The position numbers and the translations under genes were made by a program. A DNA stretch of 64,000 nucleotides, from contig OZ220685.1 of NCBI GenBank assembly GCA_965116405.1, positions 2,007,751 through 2,071,750 of the forward strand, in the 5' to 3' direction. Positions 26,846 to 43,182 of the stretch are shown piece after piece. The notes under the pieces are model-generated. The model ran no database searches, was not told where the DNA came from, and worked only from the letters and a program-made list of their open reading frames with translations. This DNA comes from Dehalococcoidia bacterium. GTDB taxonomy: Bacteria; Chloroflexota; Dehalococcoidia; Lucifugimonadales; UBA1123. Numbering within the stretch: the first letter of the stretch is position 1; the number at the start of each line of letters is the position of its first letter.

Positions 26846-28120
26846 ATGGGAGACAGCCGGCTTGCAATTGATGGTGGGACACCGGTCGTGTCGGAGCCTC
26901 TGCCGACGGGCGTGTCGGGGCCGAGCGTCATCGGCGACGAGGAGATAGCGGCGGTATCCGATGTCCTCAGAAGCCAGGAGCTGTTTCGCTATCCCAAAGA
27001 GCAGAGCGAGGCGGCGAAGTTCGAGGAAGAGGTGGCCGGGTACCTGGGCGTCGAGTACGCGCTGATGGTGAACTCCGGCACCAGCGCGCTGATAACCGCG
27101 CTGACCGGTGTGGGAGTCGGCCCCGGTGACGAGGTCATTGTTCCGGGGTACACGTACATCGCCACGGCCGCTGCTGTTATGGCCACGGGCGCGGTGCCCG
27201 TGATTGCGGAGGTCGACGAGTCCCTGGGACTCGACCCAGAAGACCTGGAGCGGAAGATCACGCCGTACACAAAGGCAGTCGTACTCGTTCACATGCGGGG
27301 AGTCCCTGCGCGAATTGACGCCATCCTGGCAGTCGCGCGCAAGCACGGCCTGAAGGTTGTTGAAGACTGCTGCCAGTGCGTCGGCGGGGCCTACATGGGG
27401 CGCAGCGTGGGTACATACGGCGATGCCGGTGCGTGGAGCCTGAACTACTACAAGACGATCTCCTCGGGCGAGGGCGGGCTCGTGTTCACTAACGACCGCG
27501 ACATCTACGAGCGGGCCTGCTTTGCCTCTGACCCCGGTCTGCCCATGTGGACTGCCAACGAAGACGACGTAGAGTGGCAGAACGAGCCGTTCCCCCGGCA
27601 GACGTATCGTCCAAGCGAGGTGCTGGCGGCCATCGCGCGGGTGCAGCTATCCAAGCTGGACGACATCCTGGAGCATCAGCGGTCGCTCAAGAGGGCCTTC
27701 CTGGGGGGCCTGGAAGAGGCGAGAGGGTACCGCCTTCAGCACGTGGACGATCCTGCTGGCGACACGGGTGTGTCGGCCTCAGTCATTGTGCACGACAAGG
27801 AGCTGGCGGTCGGATACTCGCACGCGCTGAACGCCGAGGGCGTGAATGCGGCCACCGTTTACAACGACGGCTTCCCTGACAGGCACATCTACACCTACTG
27901 GGACTCGATACTTGAGAAGCGGTCACACCACCCATCCGGGTATCCCTGGGGCGATCCAAACTACAAGGGCAACGTTGAGTACTCGAAGGACATGTGTCCT
28001 CAGACGCTGGATATCTTGGGTCGCAGCATTCGGTTCGACTTCAACATGAACATGACGGTCGAACACGCTCGGCTGATGGCCGAGGCGCTGAACAAGGTGG
28101 ACGCGGCAGTGGGGGCCTAG
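26846..28120 (+). CDS. DegT/DnrJ/EryC1/StrS-family PLP-dependent aminotransferase
   Basis: The likely start is MGDSRLAIDGGTPVV (ATG 26846) with AGGAGG 8 nt upstream. Motifs are VNSGTSALITAL, VPGYTYIATA, and SLNYYKTISSGEGGLVFTND (PLP lysine). The N-terminal 74 codons of the track ORF are probably not translated. Confidence 0.85.
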   Translation: MGDSRLAIDGGTPVVSEPLPTGVSGPSVIGDEEIAAVSDVLRSQELFRYPKEQSEAAKFEEEVAGYLGVEYALMVNSGTSALITALTGVGVGPGDEVIVPGYTYIATAAAVMATGAVPVIAEVDESLGLDPEDLERKITPYTKAVVLVHMRGVPARIDAILAVARKHGLKVVEDCCQCVGGAYMGRSVGTYGDAGAWSLNYYKTISSGEGGLVFTNDRDIYERACFASDPGLPMWTANEDDVEWQNEPFPRQTYRPSEVLAAIARVQLSKLDDILEHQRSLKRAFLGGLEEARGYRLQHVDDPAGDTGVSASVIVHDKELAVGYSHALNAEGVNAATVYNDGFPDRHIYTYWDSILEKRSHHPSGYPWGDPNYKGNVEYSKDMCPQTLDILGRSIRFDFNMNMTVEHARLMAEALNKVDAAVGA

Positions 28121-28137
28121 TCCAAGACTTTAGGAGT

Positions 28138-28166
28138 GTAGGGGCGACCCTAGTGGTCGCCCCTAC
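28138..28166. terminator. Perfect 12-bp-stem hairpin between convergent genes (REP-like, probable bidirectional terminator)
   Basis: GTAGGGGCGACC-CTAGT-GGTCGCCCCTAC is followed by GTGTTTT on the + strand. It lies 18 nt after the aminotransferase stop and 14 nt after the stop of the minus-strand gene. The arm sequence resembles the MITE core terminus GTAGGGGCAACC. Confidence 0.6.
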
Positions 28167-28179
28167 GTGTTTTAGAGCT

Positions 28180-29817
28180 TTACCTGTACTGGTCGATTCC
28201 GACGGTGGTGATGCCTTCGCCGGTCGGCATGACGAGGGTCTTCGCGCGGTCTGCTCCGACTACGACGATGTGCCAGCGGTCGACGCTCTCGAGCAGCGGT
28301 ACGGTGATGTCCAGACGCTCTTGCTCGGTCAGGCCCTCCAGCCAGCTCCACTGCTTGCCGACGCGGGCGTCGTCTATGGGCATGTACTGGATAAGTTTGC
28401 CCAGGCTGTGGTTGGCGTGGTAGTGGATGAACTGCTTGGCTTCCTGCTTGGAGAAACCCTGTCCGCCCACTGGTCGCGCGACGTCCGGAGGCATGAAGAT
28501 CAGCCGCTCGGAGCCATTCGCTGAGCCGAGTCCCATTGTGCCGAACGTGCTGCCGTAGGCAAGGTTCTTCAACAGAGCCTCGGCATTCGTGTTGCCCTGG
28601 TCCTGGACGTCCAACTCGCCATCGGTGATGAAAACGCTGACCGTGCTCTCATCTGCGCGGTATCCCTGGTCGACGTGGAGCGGCTGCCAGGGGCTCATCT
28701 CCTCGTTCTCGGCGATGCAGTGAACGAACTTGCGAGTTGTGCCGATGGTGTCCATGTCCATCTGACCGGGGTACCAGTAGCCCAGGTTGCGCAGGCATAG
28801 CGAGAAGGCGCGGCCGATGGTGATATTCACCTCGTTGTCGCGGCCGGGTCCGAGTCCTGAGCGTGGGTTGATTCCCAGCTCCTTGGCGATCGGGCCGTTG
28901 ACCACCAGCATAGGCGCGTGCGGGCTGGTGGACATCAGCAGCGACTTTCCTCCGTGCGAGCCGACCTCGGAGAGCGCCTTGACTGCCGCTATGATGACTG
29001 GCATCTGCTCAGGCTTCGCGCCTGCCATCGCGGCGTTGATTGCGATCTTCTCGACTGTGGCGAGTCCAAAGCCGGGCGGCATGTCACAGACCAGCTCGTC
29101 CCTGTCGAGACCGGTGCCGTCTACGAGTTCGGCGACGGCTTCGGGCGTAGGAGGATGCAGAATGAGCGAGTCTCCCCAGTCGCGCAGCAGCCACTGCTCA
29201 TTCATCCTGAGTATTGCGTCCCACCTGTCCTCGCCCTCGAATCGCTCGATGGCCGCGGTGGTGTCGCGCTCCCTGCGTGTATGACCCTGGTCGACCGTGA
29301 GTACCTCGACAATGTCATCAAACACGGCCTCGGTCTGGCTGATACACAGGTCCGGGGCGAGGTTCCTGTAGATCCGGGGGACGATAACGAACTGTAGGTC
29401 CGGCATCGCGAATGCACGCGAGCTTGCGATGGCGTCCTCTTCAAAGCGTCCGGACACGATCGGGATGGCGGGCTTGCCCGTCTTCTCGATCTCAATCATG
29501 TCGTGGACCATCCACGACGCGCACGTCCCTCAATCGGCTGTGGCGCCGATGACGACGTCACACTCCTTTGCTGCCTGCTGGACTATCGGCGGCGGAGTCG
29601 GGTAGTTGCCGCCGGTGTAGAAGTTGACGGTTACGTTGTCGAACCGCTCCTTGATCATCTCTCCGGTGCGGTTCAGGGCGAGGTCGCCGCCGTGTGTGCC
29701 GCTCCAGATAAGACCGACGATCTTGTTGTCGAGCGTGTCCGGTCTGGGACTGATCGGAAGCGAGTTCATCAGCCCGCGCTGCTGACCGATGGGGTTTAGA
29801 ACTTCAAGAAGATGCAT
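28180..29817 (-). CDS. Candidate selenoprotein (545 aa if TGA 29530-29532 is read as Sec): an N-terminal GrdB-like U-G-T-C module plus a ~440-aa domain of unknown family
   Basis: Track ORFs 29530-29817 and 28180-29511 are in the same frame. Only TGA plus 6 sense codons separate them. The junction reads ...KECDVVIGATAD-U-GTCASWMVHDMIEIEKTGKPAIPIV... A strong SD (GGGAGG) precedes only the upstream ATG (29815-29817). A hairpin lies downstream of the TGA, and selB is at 46261-48123. Confidence 0.6.
29500..29532 (-). promoter_or_regulatory. UGA codon plus candidate bacterial SECIS hairpin
   Basis: The mRNA reads UGA GGGACGUGCGC GUCGUGG-AUGGU-CCACGAC. An 11-nt spacer is followed by a 7-bp perfect stem (8 bp if the A-U pair closes, 29518-29500). 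The apical loop contains GGU and starts about 19 nt after the UGA. Confidence 0.5.
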
Positions 29818-29968
29818 TAAGGACCTCCCTACTGTCTGTTTGCTGGTCGTCAGCAGCGATTATATAGCAAGCGCCGTCAGCTGTTCTGTAAAGGCCGAGA
29901 GTTCGGTGCCGTGTATAATTGGCTGTAGCTGGTTGGGCTGATAGCCCATGTAACCTTGGAGAATTCTG

Positions 29969-30202
29969 ATGAAGACGCTGACCGTTGATGACACTCTCTA
30001 CTCTGCTATGGAAGCGGAATCAGCCAAGTGTGGCAGGCCGGTACACGACCTGGTTAACGAGGCTATCGAGACATGGTTGGCCGAGTCGGAGATGGATCTG
30101 GCGGAACGTGCCGAGATTGAGGCATCCCGTGTAGAAGCAGCCGAAGAGGGCGGAGTCGAGGTTGACCAGTTCTTTGACGATCTCCTCCGAGATGATGCCT
30201 GA
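29969..30202 (+). CDS. Ribbon-helix-helix (CopG-like) antitoxin
   Basis: 77 aa. It starts MKTLTVDDTLYSAMEAESAKCGRPVHDLVNEAIETWL and has an acidic tail. It lies directly upstream (6 nt) of a RelE/ParE-like reading frame. Confidence 0.6.
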   Translation: MKTLTVDDTLYSAMEAESAKCGRPVHDLVNEAIETWLAESEMDLAERAEIEASRVEAAEEGGVEVDQFFDDLLRDDA

Positions 30203-30208
30203 CCCATA

Positions 30209-30474
30209 ATGTCACATCGTGTGGAGTTGTCACCGGCGGCCCAGCGACAACTTAGACGAATCTCGCGGGGAGACCTTCCCGGAATACGGGATGCCTTAAG
30301 GAGACTGGCAGATGATCCTCGCCGTCTGGTAGTTCCAAGCTAAGAGGATTCACGGCAGTGTGGCGAATTCGTATAGGGCAGTACCGCGCGATCTACGAGA
30401 TACACGACCGCGAGGGCAGTGTAATGGTGCTTCGTATTGCCCGTCGCGATGAGCGCACGTACAGGCGGCTCTGA
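30209..30474 (+). pseudogene. RelE/ParE-family toxin disrupted by a frameshift
   Basis: Frame A (ATG 30209) gives MSHRVELSPAAQRQLRRISRGDLPGIRDALRRLADDPR.. and stops at TAA 30341. A shifted frame from about 30337 gives KLRGFTAVWRIRIGQYRAIYEIHDREGSVMVLRIARRDERTYRRL*, the RelE/ParE core. A 1-nt indel near 30310-30337 separates the two frames. Confidence 0.65.
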
Positions 30475-30507
30475 CCATCCAAGCCTGTGAGGGCCTTGCG
30501 TCGCTGC

Positions 30508-31347
30508 TTAAATCCCCCGCCAGTAGCGCTTGCCTTCGAGCCTGACGAAGCGGCCGATGTGGCGGTCGGGATGGAAGTGACCGGCGGCCACGACCATCTC
30601 CTCACGCTCGGCGCGGTCCATGAAGGCCTTTCGGGAGCGGCGAGTGTCGTCCGGGCTGGTGTCCACGAAGGCGCACCAGTCGGGTTCGTAGATCTGTACC
30701 GGGTTGTGGATCAGGTCGCCGATGATGGCGGCCTTCTCCCCGTTTGAGCTAATGAGTATCACCTGGTGACCCGGGGTGTGCCCCGGCGTCTCCAGGGTGG
30801 TTACCTCGTCGGTCACGTTGTGGCCGTCGTCGATGAACTCGATCAGCCCAAGCTCGTCCAGCGGAATGACGTTCTGGGAAATGTGGGGAGCAGTCGGCAG
30901 CACGTCGGCCTGCATGAAGTGCTCCCAGTCCTTGCGGGGACCGAGGTACCGGGCCTTTGGGAAGTACGGCCTGGCCGCGTCGCCGGAGCTGTCGACGTTC
31001 CAGCCGACGTGGTCGGGATGCAAATGGGTATGAATGACGATGTCGATCTCTTCGGCCTTGGCGCCCGCGTCGCTGAGCGCGCCAAGCAGGTTACCGGTGC
31101 GGTTCTCAAGGTGCGCGTGAGGGCCGGGACCCATGCCGGTGTCGACCAGTATGGTCTGGCCTCCCGACCTGACGAAGAAGCTGCCGTAGTAGAGCTGGAG
31201 CATTCCGTTCTCGAGCACCTCGTCTTCGTACGGCTCCCACGCCTCTCTAGGGTGGTCCGTGATGAATACCGTGGGGTCGCGTGCGGGCGGTATCATGTCC
31301 AGCACGGCGACGATTTCGACGTTTCCAACTGTGATCATGTCAGTCAT
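30508..31347 (-). CDS. MBL-fold metallo-hydrolase (lactonase-like)
   Basis: 279 aa. It has the HTHLHPDHVGW metal motif, and later TPGHTPGH and H..D ligands. Confidence 0.85.
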   Translation of the reverse strand: MTDMITVGNVEIVAVLDMIPPARDPTVFITDHPREAWEPYEDEVLENGMLQLYYGSFFVRSGGQTILVDTGMGPGPHAHLENRTGNLLGALSDAGAKAEEIDIVIHTHLHPDHVGWNVDSSGDAARPYFPKARYLGPRKDWEHFMQADVLPTAPHISQNVIPLDELGLIEFIDDGHNVTDEVTTLETPGHTPGHQVILISSNGEKAAIIGDLIHNPVQIYEPDWCAFVDTSPDDTRRSRKAFMDRAEREEMVVAAGHFHPDRHIGRFVRLEGKRYWRGI

Positions 31348-31406
31348 GTGTCGTCCATCCTTACGTTCGGGAGACCCAAGCAGTTACGGCCGCGGGTCCT
31401 GGGAAA

Positions 31407-32078
31407 CTACTCGCCAAGCTCGAAGGTCTTGCGCCACACGCCGGGTGACTCCGGGAGGTGGATCATCGCCTCGCGCATCCGAGCGTTGTCAGGGTGGGCG
31501 GTCTGCTGAGTGAGCCACTCCTGGCCCTTGGAGACCTCTGTGTGGTCGAACTCGTACATCGTCAGGTACGCAGGCGTGCCGGTGACTGCGGTGTAGCGGC
31601 GTCCTCGTCTCACACCGGGCACGGTCTCGTAGTTGGGAACGTAGACGGTGTCGTACCAGTGGTTCCACTCGTCTTCGGCTTCTGCCGGAATGTCCATTCT
31701 GCCGATCTGAAGGGCAGGAGCCATTGGGCTGGACGCGATCTCGTCGGTCAGCTCCGAAGGATGGATCATCTCGTACACGTTGCGGACGTAGGTGGTGGCG
31801 GAGAACTCTGGCGACATGCGCTTGGACCACTCGGTCGGATTGGACCTCACCCTGAGATACTCGTCGGACTCCATCACGGCCGAGTTTTCGAGCTCGTAGA
31901 CAGCGAGGTGCTTCGGCCCGCTCATCACGGCCTCGTAACGCGCCGCACTGAGAATGCCGGGGATGGACAGTCGCTCCTCGATGTGCTCCTCGTTGTACCA
32001 GCGGTTGAACTCGTCCTCCACGTCGTCCGGGACCTCGCACCAGACCATGAGCAGACCAGTGCCCTTCTTCTTCGCCAT
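31407..32078 (-). CDS. Internally duplicated small alpha+beta protein (EthD/DUF4286-like impression), function unknown
   Basis: 223 aa. Two similar halves are present: LMVWCEVPDDVEDEFNRWYNEEHIEERLSIPGILSAARYEAV and LQIGRMDIPAEAEDEWNHWYDTVYVPNYETVPGVRRGRRYTAV. Confidence 0.5.
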   Translation of the reverse strand: MAKKKGTGLLMVWCEVPDDVEDEFNRWYNEEHIEERLSIPGILSAARYEAVMSGPKHLAVYELENSAVMESDEYLRVRSNPTEWSKRMSPEFSATTYVRNVYEMIHPSELTDEIASSPMAPALQIGRMDIPAEAEDEWNHWYDTVYVPNYETVPGVRRGRRYTAVTGTPAYLTMYEFDHTEVSKGQEWLTQQTAHPDNARMREAMIHLPESPGVWRKTFELGE

Positions 32079-32220
32079 ATTGCGCTCTCCTCCAACCTCG
32101 ATGCGTTGCTATTGGGGTGGCTGTCTGGAAGTGGAAGCCAGCCACGGGCGGATTGTATCACGCCTGTGCATATGGTCGATTCATCGGTGTTGGGAGTGGC
32201 GCGAGTACCCTGATACGACA

Positions 32221-32253
32221 GTGCGCCAGCGACCTCGGTAGCCGCTGGCGCAC
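32221..32253 (-). terminator. Hairpin downstream of the SBP gene (weak terminator candidate)
   Basis: It has an 11-bp perfect stem GTGCGCCAGCG / CGCTGGCGCAC with an 11-nt loop, 32 nt after the stop. The U-tract is poor. Confidence 0.3.
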
Positions 32254-32284
32254 TTAATCTCTATGGCCCCGAAGGGCTATCGGG

Positions 32285-34051
32285 TCAGCCGGAGAACTTG
32301 ACGTGCCTTAGCTTTGGAATAGTCATCGGCGTGAGGCGGTAGTCCTCGATGTGGTCCTTTATCAGAACGTATTGCTCACCCGTGTACCACAGCGGCAGCA
32401 ATGGGGCGTCCTGCACTATCAGGTCCTCGGCCAGGTGGTAGAGCTCGACGCGCCGTTCGACGTCCGGCTCGGTGCGGGCCTGCTCGAGAATCGCGTCCAG
32501 TTCAGGGTTCGAGTAGGAAGTGTGGTTCTGCTTGCTGTCTGTGTGGAACAGGATGTCCAGGAAGTCCTGCGGGTCGGGATAGTCGGCCTGCCAGCCGCTG
32601 CCTCCGAAGGCCTGGAACTTGTTAGCGTTGAGGTCCTGGAGGTACGTGGCCCACTCCACCTGCTGGATCTCGACCTCGACCCCGAGTTCCTGTCTCCACA
32701 TTTCGATGACGACTTCCATGTCCAGTCCGATAGAGCCACCGGTGCCTGGTACGGTTACGACGATCCTGGGCCTCGTCTCAGCATCGGGGTACTTGGACTC
32801 GCTCAGGAGCTCACGTGCGAGGTCTGGGTCGTACTGCAGCCCCACGAGGTCTGCGTTGTAACCGGGGAATCCGGGCGGAAGCACGCCATAGGCGGGCGTG
32901 ACCAGCGTGGAGAGTACCTCGTTTGCGATGAGGTCCTTATCGACGGCATGGGTCAGGGCCTGCCTGAACTTAGGGTCGTCAAAGGGCGGCTCAGTCGCGT
33001 TGAAACCGATGTAGAACGTGGTGAAGCTCGGTGGAGCTATTACCAGCTCCTTGTTGAGCGGCTCGGTGGGGTCCAGTACCCGATCGAGTTCGAACAGTCC
33101 CACTCCGGTTATGTCGATCTCATCGTTCTCATACATGGCCATGGATTGGCCGCCCGCCAGGTTCATGATGACGGAGTCCAGGTGCGGAGGTTCGAGGTAG
33201 AAGTTCTCGTTTCGCTCCAGCACGATTACCTCACCCACACGGTACTCGGCAAGCCTGAACGGACCGGAGCCATTTGGAGCATCGGTCCAGCTGTCTCCGC
33301 CAGCCTCGACGTTATCCCTGTCGAGGACGTAGGCGGTGGGATAGGTCATCTTTGCGAGGAAGTACGCCTTGGGAGCATCGATCTCGATCTGAAGCGTGCG
33401 GTCGTCAATGACCCGTACCCCGGCGATGTCGGTGTTCCTGCCTTCGAGTACGTCATCGACCCCGATTATGTCGCTCAGATAGGTATCCGCGACCGGCGAG
33501 GCGGTGTCGGGACTTGCTGCACGTTCCAGGGACCACTTGAAGTCACTAGCGGTAATCGGCTTGCCGTCCTGGAACCTGGCGTTGTCCCTGATGTAGAAGG
33601 TGTAGATCTTGCCGTCCTCGCTGATCTCCCACCTGTCGGCAACGTCAGGCACCAACTGAAGGTCGGTGTTCAGTGCCACCAGACCGCTGTAGATCTCCAC
33701 GACCACGCCGGCCGACGTGGTATCTCCTGACAGGTGAGGGTCGAGCGTTGGGGGATCGGACCACAGCCTGCGTAGTACGCCGCCTGTGCGCTCTTCAGAA
33801 GGTTGAGGCTTCTCGGCCTCAGTGGTGGCGGGCGCTTGTGCCGGAGCTGGCTGCTGGCTTTTGGTCGTCGCAGGGGCAGGTGTCGCCTCTGCTTGCTGCT
33901 GGGCTGCTGAGGTATCCGCGGCAGGAGCCTCGGTCGGCGACACGGCCGCTGTTTCAGGTACAGGCTCGCTGCCCTCATCCTCACCGCATGCAACGGCAGC
34001 AATTGAGACAAGTGAGACCAACGCTATCAGCAGTAGTAAGAGTCTTGTCAT
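32285..34051 (-). CDS. ABC transporter substrate-binding lipoprotein, family 5 (peptide/nickel, DppA/OppA-like)
   Basis: 588 aa. A lipobox (IAAVAC) is followed by an Ala/Pro/Thr/Gln-rich linker, then the family-5 core (LRRLWSDPPTLDPH..., ...GWQADYPDPQDFL). Confidence 0.85.
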   Translation of the reverse strand: MTRLLLLLIALVSLVSIAAVACGEDEGSEPVPETAAVSPTEAPAADTSAAQQQAEATPAPATTKSQQPAPAQAPATTEAEKPQPSEERTGGVLRRLWSDPPTLDPHLSGDTTSAGVVVEIYSGLVALNTDLQLVPDVADRWEISEDGKIYTFYIRDNARFQDGKPITASDFKWSLERAASPDTASPVADTYLSDIIGVDDVLEGRNTDIAGVRVIDDRTLQIEIDAPKAYFLAKMTYPTAYVLDRDNVEAGGDSWTDAPNGSGPFRLAEYRVGEVIVLERNENFYLEPPHLDSVIMNLAGGQSMAMYENDEIDITGVGLFELDRVLDPTEPLNKELVIAPPSFTTFYIGFNATEPPFDDPKFRQALTHAVDKDLIANEVLSTLVTPAYGVLPPGFPGYNADLVGLQYDPDLARELLSESKYPDAETRPRIVVTVPGTGGSIGLDMEVVIEMWRQELGVEVEIQQVEWATYLQDLNANKFQAFGGSGWQADYPDPQDFLDILFHTDSKQNHTSYSNPELDAILEQARTEPDVERRVELYHLAEDLIVQDAPLLPLWYTGEQYVLIKDHIEDYRLTPMTIPKLRHVKFSG

Positions 34052-34446
34052 GGCAAATCCCTCTGCAGGTCCTGGGAAGCTTCGGAGTGTTTCGAAGCTG
34101 GAACTTTAACAGCCGTCCATCGCTCTGGGCTCGCCGTGTGCGCGCATATCTCAGGGAGCCCGTCCAGTCCGTTGAATTCACGGACGATTGGACTATTCGT
34201 AAGGTACAACGCCACGCTTCCCAGAAAAGTTATCAAAGCACTTACAGACTATATGAGTATAGCGTCGGGTTTCCAATGGCGGGGGAGGCACGAAAACGTC
34301 GAAAACGCTCAGGTCTGGCGTCGGACGAACAGGAGGTCTCAAACAGGGAGGGGGCATACCTGCGTACCAGCCACCGAGCAAGAAGCGTCACGCTTGGGAG
34401 GGACGGGCACAAGCAAGTCTGGCCGGGGTGACGAGTCTGCGTGTGG

Positions 34447-34523
34447 TGGTGGGCGGTACTGGATTTGAACCAGTGACCTCTGCGATGTCAACGCAGCGCT
34501 CTAGGCCTCTGAGCTAACCGCCC
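34447..34523 (-). tRNA. tRNA-Val (anticodon GAC), CCA encoded
   Basis: The reverse complement is GGGCGGTTAGCTCAGAGGCCTAGAGCGCTGCGTTGACATCGCAGAGGTCACTGGTTCAAATCCAGTACCGCCCACCA. The anticodon loop is TTGACAT. Confidence 0.95.
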
Positions 34524-34544
34524 GGGTATGCTAGGCAGGTTTCA

Positions 34545-34573
34545 AGTCTAGCAAGCGTACTAAACACGGTCAA
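34545..34573 (-). promoter_or_regulatory. Candidate promoter of tRNA-Val
   Basis: On the minus strand: TTGACC (34573-34568), a 17-nt spacer, then TAGACT (34550-34545), 21 nt upstream of the mature 5' end. Confidence 0.5.
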
Positions 34574-34619
34574 GAAATGAAGGCCTCTCGAGACTAGGTC
34601 AGTTTGGTAGGCAGTGCTT

Positions 34620-34674
34620 TCACCCTCACCCTAACCCTCTCCCTGAGGGAGAGGGGATTCCTCGGTTAGCGAGG
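34620..34674. repeat. Two-hairpin repeat (family 2, CCCTCTCCC type), copy 2
   Basis: The sequence is TCACCCTCACCCTAACCCTCTCCCTGAGGGAGAGGGGATTCCTCGGTTAGCGAGG. The first stem matches copy 1. The second stem is CCTCG/CGAGG, a different sequence but still paired. Confidence 0.7.
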
Positions 34675-34710
34675 TTACGCCGTGCTGAACCGACAAAGTT
34701 ATCCACTGAG

Positions 34711-34749
34711 AGAAGAAAAAGGGGCGGACTCGGTTGAAGAGTCCGCCCC
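34711..34749 (-). terminator. Rho-independent terminator of rpoC
   Basis: On the minus strand: GGGGCGGACTC-TTCAACC-GAGTCCGCCCC followed by TTTTTCTTCTC, 50 nt after the rpoC stop. Confidence 0.8.
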
Positions 34750-34799
34750 CTGGCTATTCGGTCGATAGCAGCGACTGCGGTCAGCCTTGCTGTCTTGGG

Positions 34800-38891
<4,092 letters not shown>

Positions 38892-38983
38892 ATTCGCTCT
38901 CCACTACTTTCAGTGTTGCGGGCTTTCGGATTTCAGCCTGGTTCGAGTCGGGACTCCAAGGGTTTCAATCTTGCGTAACTACC

Positions 38984-42898
<3,915 letters not shown>

Positions 42899-43079
42899 AC
42901 GCTCTCACACTCCTAAAATGCAAATACAAAAGCGACGACTAACTGGAAATGGCCTGAGATGACGTTACGACGGGGTAAAGCGTCGGAGGAAAGGGGGAGG
43001 TTTGGACGTACGGGTAGTAGGGTTTCGTAATTGCGGGGAATTGACGAATAAAACGAAGCGCATAGGGCGACTTGTTACG

Positions 43080-43109
43080 ACCCTACCACAATCCCTTCCA
43101 ATGTGTCAA
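43080..43109 (-). promoter_or_regulatory. Candidate promoter of rpoB-rpoC
   Basis: On the minus strand: TTGACA (43109-43104), an 18-nt spacer ending in TGG, then TAGGGT (43085-43080). This would give a leader of about 175 nt before the rpoB ATG. Confidence 0.35.
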
Positions 43110-43182
43110 ATCTAATCCTGCCGCGAATAGACCTAGTCTCCGCAGCTTTGGATGATTGACAGCCGGGACCGGCTAGGTTGCC

